Source: Diplonema japonicum (taxonomy: Eukaryota; Protista; Euglenozoa: Diplonemea). Taken from it: a stretch of DNA of 64,000 nucleotides. A program made the translations under genes and the position numbers. The notes under the pieces are model-generated. The model ran no database searches. It saw nothing but the letters and a program-made list of their open reading frames with translations, and had not been told where the DNA came from. The stretch spans positions 508,384 to 572,383 of the forward strand of contig OZ025687.1 of NCBI GenBank assembly GCA_964019335.1, read 5' to 3'. Shown here piece by piece: positions 10,801 through 22,008 of the stretch (its first letter is position 1; each line of letters starts with the position of its first letter).

Positions 10801-12239
10801 TCGACATCTCTGTCGGCGTCAACATCCAGCACTACAAGGACGCGGGGTCGTGGATGGTCATGGTTAAGCCACAGTTCAACGGCAAGTTTGCGGAGGAGGT
10901 CGGGAAGTTCGTCGGCAATGGCGTCACTAAAGTCGCTGAGGCAGTCCTCAATGCAGTGCACCAGGTCTCAACGATGGCCGAGCACATCGTGTTCGGGTCT
11001 ATCGAAAGAGCTAAGGGCACACTCATGACGTACTTCGAGGGTGTGGACAACTTGATCCATTCGCTCGACAAGTTCGGCTCGATCGCTGTTGACGCGCTTG
11101 GGGACCTGGACCACACCATGAGCGAAGTGATGGGCGAGGTTGGCGGTGCGTTGGAAGACGTGGCCGACACCTTCAGCAGCATCGGCGGCTCTGTCGGTGG
11201 CTTCCTTGGGGGTCTTGGCGGGAGCATCGGTGGGATCTTCTCGGAGAAGCAACACGTGCTGTCGAGGAAGGGCCGTGTCCTCGGTGCCTCTATCCGCCGC
11301 GGTGCGAATGTCGACGACGCTGGCCGCGCCCTTCTGGACGTTGCGATGATGGTGAGCGACGCCTCTGCGGCCAAGCACCTTGAGGCAAGGACGGCAGCTT
11401 TGAAGAAGGAACAGACGGAAGTGGTCAACACGATCAAGAAAACGGACTTCCAGCCGTCGATCTCCAGCTTCGGAAACCCTTATTTGTCAGCAAACAACCC
11501 CACCGCCTCGCTGAGCCTTGGGGTGTTCTTCGGCAAGGTGTCCTTCGGGCAGACGTACGTGCACGCAGGGAACAAGATCGACATCAGCAAGGACAAGATC
11601 CAAGGCAGCCTGGACGGTCTGAAGGCAAACATCGGACAGCAGGGAACTGACCGGATCAACAAGCAGGTTCCCCAGAAGGCTGCCGACCAGGCGAAGGTGC
11701 TCGACGACAACGCACATCCAACTGAGGTGTACAACAAGTGGATGAGCGACCCGGGGTACCCGTACGCGTCGAGTGTGGGCAACGGGAACCCCTGTGAGAA
11801 CAGAGGTCTGCGCAGCATCAACAGCAGGTGCTCGAGCGACCACTGCACCTTCGACTACACGTGCGCAGGAAAGCAGCTTGAGAGGTGCCACGAGACCTTC
11901 TCCTTTCAGAACGCGTACGACGTGCAGAAGGGGTTCAGGCTGGTCAACTTTGTCCCGATGCACTGCCCCTTCAACATGATCATGTCCGTGACGCAGAAGG
12001 GAGACGGCATCGTCCGCCTCCTGTGCTGCAACCCTGCTGCGGGGTACACAGTTGAGAAGAAGCAGCAGAGTGCCTGCGCTGTGAAGAGGCTCTTTGACGG
12101 CGAGGGCCGCACTCCTATGTACAGGACCGCAAGCTGCGGGCCCACAAAATACCTCACAGGCGTGTTCAGCAGTCCCTGCACAGATGTCAAGGGTGACTTC
12201 TACAAGACTGACTTCACGTGCAAGGAGTTCAGCGAATAA
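7890..12239 (+). CDS. Large secreted protein (1449 aa): signal peptide, EGF-like Cys module, long beta-strand-rich body, helical/Gly-rich segment, Cys-rich C-terminus
   Basis: Intact ORF with strong GC3 bias; hydrophobic N-terminus MVTRVAVGVLLAATCLVSA; C..QGKTC....DWECTC...DIDECK motif. Confidence 0.85.
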   Translation: MVTRVAVGVLLAATCLVSAAESEEMPPFSISSFKEDLADEAKDYLITKSVDFVTEHLQDSSVFQEVMSELGMGKVKAFWDRISGALNGYTPSEAQLVALEGYVAKWDAMKEAASNICSSADAGKRQGQVLAAGEARFVAAGKYSLTAGPLNGFAQFMIDDKGVVSPAVALGFTLAPGTECSEKAEKTCSVQGKTCNSKGDDWECTCDGSSCTVEDLSKEKGDIDIDECKLDSSFYLEQPSEEYKKYGKLPECSADQECEDTAGSLGSVECVAAPKPSKKKALIPKGEAFVELSVETGSGFTPIPDTLLQLPAPYDYLTFVINFKTLAMKFQVDLVKYEEEDSEGSSDGVRGAFLAGLEHMKSLTKPSLQGAEELLQGFTLMAYKQFQGVQTPIPSALNVLIPIVTPVVNVLLQGKIELPFCIGNCAASAPASSHVSGEGGVKLIETDRGCRPELYVNLEQLTVGSFAIVLQEITTIPGLTDIIQATPFAGVGLAEADLSATVLGLTEVEFSVSGSPRLGGVDLGVLNTIASFLRVGVSAKIEKTTTTMTLSLATKGIELSNEFAFADPKDEGVKFDIQNVAGPMPSSRTSVYLPFRVTKPEANPVNGKYLYFILSTSYVTASTVAGISGTFEMVGTWEKAFGIPFVQLSDVTVSVGIDFTIIFELELAGKVCLGSQQACRDGDSTKSITGGGAVRYDRTDATKNYVMAYLDGSLTLTTMFGLFELEKIGIPTILSTDQVGFFPYKDGCEPSDFSCKLRFSYSAGVEDAMINGVTVPGGFYLQGAIKLPGFHMRGFVQFSRLQGRYEIDMEGRFEFKVAGTEIITVEGTTPGSDARFHVLASVMEGVLVDIEGSFNVPILLSHGDASIQVNGEEVSMTSKSLSLFGGAVSGSGTARWTWNSVQLKVHANVDLSPPLTTVSLGSGSIDVDVSPSGASFDIAVTVIGYTQHVSASITKEHLSFGFGVDAGLVSLDISVGVNIQHYKDAGSWMVMVKPQFNGKFAEEVGKFVGNGVTKVAEAVLNAVHQVSTMAEHIVFGSIERAKGTLMTYFEGVDNLIHSLDKFGSIAVDALGDLDHTMSEVMGEVGGALEDVADTFSSIGGSVGGFLGGLGGSIGGIFSEKQHVLSRKGRVLGASIRRGANVDDAGRALLDVAMMVSDASAAKHLEARTAALKKEQTEVVNTIKKTDFQPSISSFGNPYLSANNPTASLSLGVFFGKVSFGQTYVHAGNKIDISKDKIQGSLDGLKANIGQQGTDRINKQVPQKAADQAKVLDDNAHPTEVYNKWMSDPGYPYASSVGNGNPCENRGLRSINSRCSSDHCTFDYTCAGKQLERCHETFSFQNAYDVQKGFRLVNFVPMHCPFNMIMSVTQKGDGIVRLLCCNPAAGYTVEKKQQSACAVKRLFDGEGRTPMYRTASCGPTKYLTGVFSSPCTDVKGDFYKTDFTCKEFSE

Positions 12240-13423
12240 GCAATTAATATAAAAAAATAAAAAATAAAAAAAAAAGCCCTGCTATTCACTAGCACTAGGT
12301 GCATCCTTCCTCATCATTTAAATATTTTTTTTTAAACAAAAAGCTCTTTTTTTCCGCCCCCCCTTTTTTTTACCCCGTTTCTTTTTGTACTGGTACCATT
12401 AATCACAATGAATTTATACATTTTTTTTTTTTTCCCTTTTTTTTTCTTCCCCCCTTCTTTCTTCCCGCCTTTATTATTCGTGTTGCTTGTCCCATTATAC
12501 CCTTTTTGCTTCTTGTAATGGCCATTAAAAAGGTATCAAGCCAAGGAATAGGTGTGGTACCCTGTATAATGGTCATAACGGTGATGCAATTTTGGAGAAG
12601 GGGCAAATAAACTAAAAAAGAAAAAAGGCGTTATTTTCACACGTTTTAGTAGCTGTTTTTTTTTTCTCTTTTTAATTACAACAGTTCTCGTGTAGGTTTT
12701 TGTTCCCCTACGTCTTTTCTTCTTTTTTCCCTTTTTTTTTCCTGCTCCCTTTCACTGGGACAACAAAAAAAAAAGTCTATGTCCCTCCGCGCATGTTAAC
12801 TTCTGATCTATGATCATATGAAGGTTAAGCCAGAGAACTGTAGGCTTTGGGGGGAAGGGATCTTTGAAAGTAAAGTGAACTGTAAAAATTTCAGTTCGCC
12901 ACTTTATTTTAACCCCCCCCCCCCGGTTTTCTTTTTTGTTTGTTGTCCGTCCTCGACGTTCTCCGTCCTCTATCTTCGTTTTATTTTATATTTCTTCTTT
13001 GATACGTTTTTGCTTCCCATTTTTTTTTTTGCCCACCCTCCTTTTCTTTTGCATTCTTTTTTTTTATCTTCTAAACTCCTGCCTGCGTCTCTGTAGCTGT
13101 TATTAGAAAACAACTCTCGCATGTGCAGAAAAAAAAACGAAAATAAAAGAGGTGGGAACCAAAAAAAAAAAAAAATAATAATAGTATCTCGGTGTTTTCG
13201 TTCGCTTCCCACTCGTCCTGCTTCTGATCAACTCACCAAGGGCCCCCCGTGCCTGCGTGTCTCCGGAAGAGTGAGGTAAGAGAAAAAACAATGAGGTTGT
13301 CATTACCCCCCCCCCCCCCCCCCCCTCCCCGTTTTATATTTTACCCCATTTTCTCCTCCAATTATATTCCTTTTGTCACAATGCACTGTGTATCTTTATC
13401 ACATCACAAACAGCTTTGCTTGC

Positions 13424-14083
13424 ATGGAAGATGGGAATCTCACGGTGACGTACGTGCAAAGTAATGACACCACTGCTACAGTGGTGCCATTAATAAATAT
13501 TGAAGGGGACGAGAGTGGGTATGGGGTGGGCATGGGGTGGGGGTTATGAAGGGAAAACCACAGATGGTCAAAGACTAGGGACACCCTGATCATAGCCGCA
13601 CTGTCCGTTATCATCCTACTTGTCTGCGTCTTAATATGCTGTTATTGGAGGAAGGGGTCAGCTGTAGATAAGGAGATGAAGTGGCTGCCGAACACCACGC
13701 CGCTCCTGTATGAAGGTAGGCAGATAGAGCTTGTTGATGTGACTAAAGACGACGAGGAATATTCTAAAGATATGGAACCTACTCCTATAGAGGACCCACC
13801 TACTCCTGTGGCTGTAGATGTCCAGGATGATTACCCGGATCCAGAGCCGTCTCCTGTTTCTTTTCCTAGCGACTCTCCTACATTCTCGTTTCTCAAGCCG
13901 GAGGTCATCTACAGTTCGCCTCGTAGCCTTGACATCCCTCCCATTCCCACCTCTCGCCCTGCTCTCCAAGCCCACCGAACTCGTCACGTCCGTGGCCTTG
14001 GCCACTCTGGGACACCCTTCCGCCCTCTCACCGAGTGGGCGCCCTCCGCTGAGGCATGGCCCTCCACACGCAGCCATGTCTAA
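13424..14083 (+). CDS. Single-pass membrane protein (exons 13424-13518, 13564-14083)
   Basis: Intron 13519-13563 (GTATG...CACAG, 45 nt, contains in-frame TGA) extends ORF 13676 to MEDGNLTVTYVQSNDTT...; TM LIIAALSVIILLVCVLICCYW followed by RK; two N-glycosylation sequons. Confidence 0.7.
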
Positions 14084-14374
14084 GCAAACGATATCGCCCC
14101 ATATCACTAACCCGTCTGGTCAATCCTGAATGTGATCTAAGAGCCTGTTTTGAAAGCATAGCAATGTTCTGTCCGGACACAAGGGAAGGGGCTGAACAGG
14201 GTTTACAGATATGAGGTTTTTTTTATTCTTTTTTTTTTTTTTTATATAAATATATGTAGAACACTCATTCCTTTTGTAGTTATTAGACGAAGTAAAAAAG
14301 TCTTTATTAAGAACGATTTTAAAAAGAAATAAAGCAACGCATCAGACCTTCCAGCACACCACACAGACACAACA

Positions 14375-16107
14375 ATGGGTAAAGTCCGGCTGAAAGAGCG
14401 TCTTCTGGACCTTGATCTCATAAAGCCTCATGACATGTCTGATGACTTCGAAGGGGTGAAGGGCGGGGGCGTGGAATCATTCTTCAGAGGTGGGGGTTGC
14501 TTGGGGTTGGGAAGTAGGTTATTTAAGGGTAAATACAGAAAAGGTGGGAAGCCTGTAGTATTGAAACAGCTGTTTGTTGGAGGGGAAGAGGTGGAGGAAA
14601 AGGGTCCTGTAGAGATGGAGCTGCACATCCTGAAGAACTACGGGCATGAACATCTTGTGAAGTACGAGGCCGCGTTCATGACGGAGCACATCGACGATGG
14701 TGTGTGGCTGGTCATGGCGCAGTGCGCGGGAGGGTCCATCGCTGATGCCATCCGCATGCGCGACTTGCCGTTCAATGAAACTCAGCTGCAACAAACATTG
14801 CACGGCCTCCTGCGTGCTGTGACGCACCTCCACGCCCAGAACTACATACACCGCGACATCAGAGGTGAGAACATCCTGCTGACTGCAGGGGGCAAGGCAG
14901 TGCTGGCCGACCTTGGAACTGTGGGCATATCTAACTCCACTTCCGCACAGGTGGGCACCAGCCACTGGATGGCTCCCGAGATGACCTCTGCTTCGAGCGT
15001 TCCATATGACGTCAAAGTCGACATTTGGAGTATAGGCATCACCATCATCGAGATGGCAGAGATGGAAACCCCTGCTGCCAGAGATGTATGCACATGTTTC
15101 ATCACACACCACACATAGGGCGGCAACGAGACCACGACACAGATGCATTCACCAAAGTTCGCCCACCCGTCAACTTGGTCCAAGTCCTTGAACAGGCTTG
15201 TGACCACATGTCTTGAGATGGACCCTAAGAAACGGCCGTCTGCAGCGAAGCTGCTTGCGTCGGATTTCATGAAACAGAAAACGAAAAAAGAAGAGACGCT
15301 AAAGGAGCTCGTTAAGGTGTGATGATAAGTTACTCAAGACAACCACTGCAGATCGTGAACCACCTTCGCCAGCAGGAAGAGACTCTTGCTGCGGAGCGCA
15401 AGTCAAAATGGCTAGACGATGACGATGACTCCACCGAGTGCGACACAGTGCTGGGGAACTCTATCAGCTCGCAAGTACTTGAAGAAAAGACACAGAAAGA
15501 AATGAGCATCCACTTCGACCCGGTCGTGTCGCCCCCGCCCGTCATCAAGGAGGTATGCGCATAAGATGACACTCACGACACACAGACGACACCAGCACCT
15601 CTTCTGCGCCCTGAGAGCAAAGAAGCTCTCACGGAGAGAAATGCAGAGCTCAGAAAGAAGGTAGCAGCACTAAAGAACATTCTGAAGTGCGAACTGTTGT
15701 TAAAGGATGAGGCAGTGTTCCATAAAAGAAATAATAAAAAAACAACAAGTGCTGTGATGCTGAAGAAGATGGAGCAGGAGAAAGAGCTCCTAGCCGAGAA
15801 GGCGGCCACTATCAAGAAGAACCTGCTAAGCATGAAGACTAGCATCACGAATCTTGGAGTGTCTATTTCTGATGTGTCCTCGCGTCTGAGTGATACCTCT
15901 GCCCCTGCCACTCACACTTCTACTTCCCACCCGGAGCCTCTGCGGCGGCTGAATACTTCAACGGGGCTGGTCAAAACGGCCTCGCCTAGCCCCTCTGTGG
16001 TCACAAGAAGCCTCACCCAAGCACAGTCTCAAACTCACTATGTCCCCGGTTCCCTGCGCAAGAATGCAATGCTCAGTAGAGTCCGTAGCGATACAAAGAG
16101 AAAGTAA
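14375..16107 (+). CDS. STE20-like Ser/Thr kinase with C-terminal coiled coil (exons 14375-15085, 15119-15316, 15352-15552, 15586-16107)
   Basis: HRDIRGEN, ADLG, GTSHWMAPE, DIWSIGITIIEMAE; introns of 33, 35 and 33 nt restore subdomain XI (CLEMDPKKRPSA). Confidence 0.85.
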
Positions 16108-16284
16108 TGCCTTCATTTGGCCTTATTCGGGTTTCTTCCACTTCTGCCCCCCCATGTTCTGCCCGTATATGTTAGTGTTACGGTTATTGCTAAGTCCTTT
16201 CATGCCATCTTTGTAATTTTGTGAGTATTATTGCAGCAATGCCAACCATTCAATTTATCTTCGCGCAGGAGCCAAGAAGTCAAA

Positions 16285-17871
16285 ATGGCAAAAAGGGGAA
16301 CGGGTGTGTACAGCAGGGGTGAGAAGGTTGAGGTGTTCTACAGGTTCGAGCATGACGGGAGCGGTGACGGGGCTGAAGGGTACTTCCCAGTATTGACGCC
16401 CGACGCGGGTCTATTCAACCCCAGGTTGGGTCTGACGGACAGCTGGCAGGAGGCAGTGGTGCTGCACGACTTCAACCCGCAGACATACGACGAAAAAGTG
16501 AGGGACACATGGGTGATCGTTACAATGTCCCACGGGAGGTGGGCCAACCGCAAGGGTCAGTCCCTTGACCTCAGTGACAAACACAACACAACAGTCATGA
16601 TGAAGCCCTGTGACGTCAGGTTCCCTGAACAGCAGCAGCCGCTTCTGTCCTTCCTGTGCGTCCGTTGGGGTGGTCCGTACCCCATCCCTGAGCACTCCGA
16701 CGATGGTGAGTTTGGTGGGTGGGGTGACATCGGCACCTGCATCTGCGACAAATACATCAACACCTTCTTCCAAGTTGTTTACAATGAAGTGGGTCCCAAC
16801 TACGAGGTGTACTCGTGCTTCGTGTCGCAGTCTGCTGACTTGCAAAAAATATATGGTCCCGGTGTCTCTGGGCTGCTGAAGGGTAAGCACAAGGCAGGTC
16901 TGTACTACCTGTGGCCTGTTGCGTGGATGGACTGCAACGAGGGTCAGACGGGTTACGTCGAGAAAGATGCCATGCTGACGTTGATGAAGAACATGGAATG
17001 CGCGGGGATACCCAGCAGGCACCCGCACCCTTCTAACTTGTACCACCTCTTCGCCTCCAAAAGTTGGACTGCGACAATGTGCCTGTCGCAGGGGTTCAAT
17101 GTGCCATGCACCACAAAGGTTAACCGCGCACAGATTCTGGACAACCCCCGTGCCAGCGCCAAGCAGGCCCTCGAAGCACTGACCGTACTGCAGAAGGCAA
17201 AGCATGGAGTGGTAGAGAAGAACCACAGCAACATCTCAGGTGTCGCGAAGCTTGGCTTCTCGTGGGAGGCACAGGTATGCTGGAGGTAACTAACTATCAA
17301 CGTCACACAGGATGTGCTGTTCTTCAAAGGAGTCGAGCAGCTGGGGGGCCGCTTAGAAAGGCTGCTGGAGCAAGCGGGGTGCATGGCCGACTGCATCTAC
17401 GTGCAGGAGAATGTACCGAATGACTGTGAGATCAGAATATATTTGATAGACGGGAAGCCTGCGAAGAAATTGTACTCTAAATTCTGTGAAGTGGACAACA
17501 GCGGGTCGTTCAGCAGCTTCAGGAGGATCGAGGACAGAAACATTGTGCTGAAAGAGTGGTTCGGCAATAATGACGCGGGACTGGCTGATGCGGAGAAGCA
17601 GATCGCTGCGCTGTGTGACAAGTGGCTGGTTTGGTTGAGGGCTGAGTGCTCTGCACCTCCTGCTGTGTGCAGAATGGACTTCTTCGTGAAGCTCCACGGC
17701 CCAACGGCAACTGTGACCACTGGAGAGCTTACTGAACAGGGTGCTTCTATGCTCGGTTGGGCTGAAGGGCCGCAAGTCACCTTCAGCGCCGTCGTTCGCG
17801 AGTGCCTCAACCAACAGCCTATCCCCAGCAGGTCCAGCCCACCGCCTCAGAGGAGAAAAATTGAACAGTAA
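16285..17871 (+). CDS. Putative ATP-grasp-fold protein (exons 16285-17274, 17311-17871)
   Basis: 36-nt intron 17275-17310 (GTATGC...AACTAAC...CACAG); motifs VAKLGFSWEAQDV, YVQENV..DCEIRIYLIDGK, RMDFF...GELTE. Confidence 0.7.
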
Positions 17872-18130
17872 GCGCCCCTGCAATATCCCACCACAGTGTC
17901 AATTAGGGAGATATAACTGCACCTTTCTGTTCTGCCCCCAACCCAAAACTTTCCACACACACACACACACACCCCTCTTATCATATATAGTCAAGAGTAC
18001 CATAGTCATCAGCGAAGTGTCGCCGAAAGCAGAAGGGAAGGGCGGCACAACCTTTCCCCCTTTCAGTTTTGCGTCTCTCCATAGGACCATTGTCTTTTTT
18101 ACTTCTTTATATCCCCCCTTTTATTCCTTC

Positions 18131-21100
18131 ATGTCACCATCACCCCTTCCATCCCCTGCAGGAGGGTGGTCCCACTCCCTCATGTCGACCGTGACTGGGG
18201 CGGTGATAACGTTGGTGATGGTGGTGATGGTGCACGGCGGGGGGGACGTGTCAGGGTATTGCTGCTATCTATGTGGGAATGCTACGTTAACGGAGGTTGA
18301 CGAGTGCAGTGCTTGCTATGGGTGTTGGGATGAGAAGAGCTGGTGTTCGTCGAAGGACACATGTGGGGGACAGTGTGGGGGTACGTGGTGCACCGAGCAC
18401 CCGACCACCCCACCTATCATCCCACCAGCTCCTTCGCATCTGGTTCCTCCTGAACAGTGGTCAATAGTAGTGCCCACTGACAGTGTGGTTGGGAACCCTG
18501 TTATCAAGGGCTCCTACGTCTACTGGGTAGAGTATATCCCCGCAGCCAATAAGGCAACCCTCCACAGAGCATCCCTTATCAACGAGACCGATCGCGGCTT
18601 CACGCCCGTTGGCAACCCCAACGACCGGATCACCTCCGTCTCTGATCCCTTCACACCGCTCTCCAACATCATCGTTGTCTCCTACGGTGTCAACAACGAC
18701 GACTTCACCATCATCGAAGGCTTCCAGTCCACGCAAACCCGCCCCCTATCCGTTATCTGGTTGAAAGTTGTTAACACCATTGCCCCCATCGCTGTGTCTC
18801 CTGTCGGGATTTACTGGACTAACACATCAGGCTACCTAGAGTGTGTGGATGTTGAATCAACATCTTTCAAATGGGCGTACAATGCAAAGGCCTCCGTTCT
18901 GTCCTATCCCATAGTTAGCGGCCAGAAAGTGTTCATCACAGGCCAGTGCGGTGCTTCTGGGAACCTGTGCATCTTCGCCATCGATGCGAACGAAGGGACA
19001 CGGCACTGGGCAGTCGACATCCTCGTGAAATGGTGGCTGCCGCAGATATCCGTCTTCAAGACCACAGTTGTAGTTACCACGACGCACTTCACAGAGTATG
19101 AGGGGCTGTACAATAAGTCGGAAATAGTTGTTGGCGACCCCGACGGGAAGGTCACGGGCTACGATGCTGACGTAGGGGTTGTCAAGTGGAGCTTCAACGT
19201 GGCTGGCGCTGTGGGGGTGCCTAGCATGACACAGCTGGTGGTCAACAACAACAAAACACGTGAAGTACTTGTTTTCACGTCGTGCAAAACACCTCCAAAG
19301 ACACCACCGCAGGCAGCACAGCGAGACCAGTGGACGACCTGCACTGTGTGGGGCATTGACGTTAGCATGTTGATGGCGAACCCCATCACGGGCGCAGCCG
19401 TTTTGTGGCAGGTAACTCCCTTGTACTACGTCGCAGTGAGCCCACAGCAGGTGCTTGGCAGAACGGTCTTCGTGTCGATGGCCTCGTTCAACGCCATCTC
19501 GACGATGGGCTCTGGAGGGGTGTACCACGACAAGCAACTCGCGTCAGTGGACATCTTGTCGGGCAACGTCACTTGGGCCATCACCAGCATCCCCGAGCCT
19601 AGGAACGGCACTGTGTACCCTTCGCTGCGCTACGCACTGGACACCAAGGTGGACTACCTTGTGTGCAACTCGAAAGCCCACATCTACAAATACATTCTCG
19701 GAACTACCCCAGCACCAGCAGCACAGCCCACAGGAAAGACACCTTTCACGAGGACGCCCCTCTTCTACGTTGCTATCGGCGCGGCACTTTTCGTGACCAT
19801 CGTGGCACTGCTCGTAAGGTGGTGCTTGCGCCGCCGTGTGCCGAAGGACCCACCTCTCCTTGTGGACTCCGACACCTCTCACGAGGTCAACATGGACGAG
19901 GAGTCCCTTGCAAGGGGGTATCGCAGGTTGCGCCCCTTAGGGAAGGGGGGCTTTGGGGTGGTCTACTTGTGCGAGAGTTTGGACACCAAGGAGCTGCTCG
20001 GGATGAAACAGATCAGGTGTCTGAGCAAGAAGGAACAGCGCATCGCGGAAAACGAGGTGAAAATCCTGTCGAACCTCCCAAAGAACGAAGGCACCATCGA
20101 GGTGCTGAACGCCTTCACAGTCCCCAACATGGTGGTGATGGTGATGCCGTACTACAAGGCAGGCGACCTGTCTGCTTACATCTCGAAACTGGAGAACATG
20201 ATACCCGAAGTACAGATCATACACTACACAAGACAGCTTTGCCTTGCACTGAACCACCTCCACAAACAGCGTCCTGCCATTGTGCACAGGGACCTCAAAC
20301 CTGCTAACATTCTGATGTCGGAAGACAGACGGAAACTCGTGATCACTGACTTCGGCTTGGCAAGACTGGTAGACAAGACATACATGCACACACATGCAGG
20401 GACCATGGCGTACATGGCGCCGGAGGCATTTGACGGTCATTACACAAACAAGGTGGACATATGGTCCTTGGGGTGCGTTGTGTATGCTATGGTGAAGCGC
20501 AAGGTGAATGGGAAGGTGCTTTGCATCCACTCTGCTAAACAAGATTTCCTGAAGCAGATATCGGGAGACATTTCGAAGGCCGGCTACGGCGAGCTGGTGG
20601 TGGACCTTGTACGGCAGATGCTGCAGAACAACAGGCGGGCACGGCCCAGTGCTGAGGAGCTGCTTTTCAGGTTATCAAACAGCTTCCCGACTTCTCATGT
20701 GGTGCCTGTTACCCAACCGGAGGTGATAACGGTGAACACGCCTGTGAAGGCACCTGTCCAAGGGTACATGGCAGCGCTGAGGAATGTGAACGTTGAAACG
20801 TCGTCAGAAGAAGAAAGCGAGGTAAAGGAGCTATCTGCACCTGCTCAGGTCCCTGCAGCGCTGGGGTTCATGGCTGCACTGCGCAAGATGCCTCCTTCGT
20901 ACCAAGTGCCTACCTCCTACGCGACCAGCTCCTCGTCTTCCAGCACGCGAAACCACTCGTCAGTGCAGGACACCTCGCAAGTCATCACCCCACAAGCGCA
21001 GTCTTCACAGCCTACACAGCCTGCGCAGGTGGGGTTCATGGCGGCATTGCGAAACATCAACATCTCCAACTGCACTTCGTCTTCTTCTTCTTCATCCTCT

Positions 21101-21131
21101 TCTGTGCTGTCTGAGGAAGGGGTTATTAACT

Positions 21132-21133
<2 letters not shown>
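18131..21133 (+). CDS. Receptor-type Ser/Thr kinase: signal peptide, Cys-rich module, PQQ-like beta-propeller, TM helix, NEK-like kinase
   Basis: Repeats AIDANEGTRHW, GYDADVGVVKW, SVDILSGNVTW; TM YVAIGAALFVTIVALLV then RRR; GKGGFG, HRDLKPAN, DFG, APE; start may be 18131 or 18182. Confidence 0.85.
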
Positions 21134-21172
<39 letters not shown>

Positions 21173-21815
21173 AGAAAGAAAGCGGCTTTGTTTTATCTTT
21201 CTTTTCACTTTCTCATCTTCCCATTCAAAGTTTGCGGTTTTTCTTCACTTTCTTCTTCAAGGTGGCGTTATGACCGAGCAACCTTTCTGTGACAATAAGC
21301 GACTCTTTCCTTTCATCTCTTGAATCCCTCTCCCCTCTCCCCTCTTTTGGTTTCATTTATATTTTCTTTTTTTTTTTTCCTTCGTATAGTACTATGTTCT
21401 TTTTCTTTTTTGTTTCTTCCTGTTTCCGATTTCCTTCTAAGTGTTTTTGAAGGTCTGCTGTTGGCGTTCCACCAGAGTGCCGGTCAGGTGGTAGAACAGT
21501 TCTTGGGTGTTGGTAAAGTTAGTGGTTTGGTCCCCCCCTCCCCCTCTTGTTATTTTTATTTATCCTTTCTCCTGGAGCGAAACACACACGCACACAAAGC
21601 AAAAAGGGAACGGCAATGAGGCTTTTTTTTTTCCCCCCTTCTTTTTTTTCTTTTTTTTGCTCCTGGTTTGAAATTTCGTTTTGTTTCCCCCTCCCCCCAC
21701 CCTTTCCTTGTTTGGTCCCCAAATGTTTCAATCTTCGTGCTTTGCATCTCTCGCCACCTGTGATCTAGTGGAATATGACAAAAAAAGAAGAAAAAAAAAA
21801 AAAAAGCGAAACGTT

Positions 21816-22008
21816 AACTCGAACCCCTAACTCTCCAAAATGCTCAAAGACCGCCACATTAGTTTCCAAAGTGCCCAAGTGGGTTGAGTTTGTGTATTCT
21901 TGAAGATTTGAGTGAAATCTTGGGGATTGTGTCTGAAAGTTTTCCCTCCTAAATCTCAAACTAAGGGGGTTGAGTTTGAGCATTATTAACGAGCTAAGGG
22001 GTCGGGTT
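21816..22008. mobile_element. MITE-like element with ~33-bp imperfect terminal inverted repeats
   Basis: 21816-21848 aactcgaacccctaactctccaaaatgctcaaa versus reverse complement of 21975-22008 aacccgaccccttagctcgttaataatgctcaaa; TTAA at left edge. Confidence 0.55.

Noticed and set aside
7845-12190. Long antisense and alternate-frame ORFs over the 1449-aa gene and other GC-rich genes
   Set aside because: Expected shadow of strong GC3 codon bias; no motifs
14490-14517. G-rich GT...AG segment in the kinase Gly-loop as a possible intron
   Set aside because: 28 nt; removal shifts the frame of an otherwise open kinase ORF
17741-18130. N-terminal extensions of ORFs 17741, 25075, 37155, 47028, 53483 and 57924
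   Set aside because: Non-ATG or upstream starts running through low-complexity UTR; real starts lie downstream
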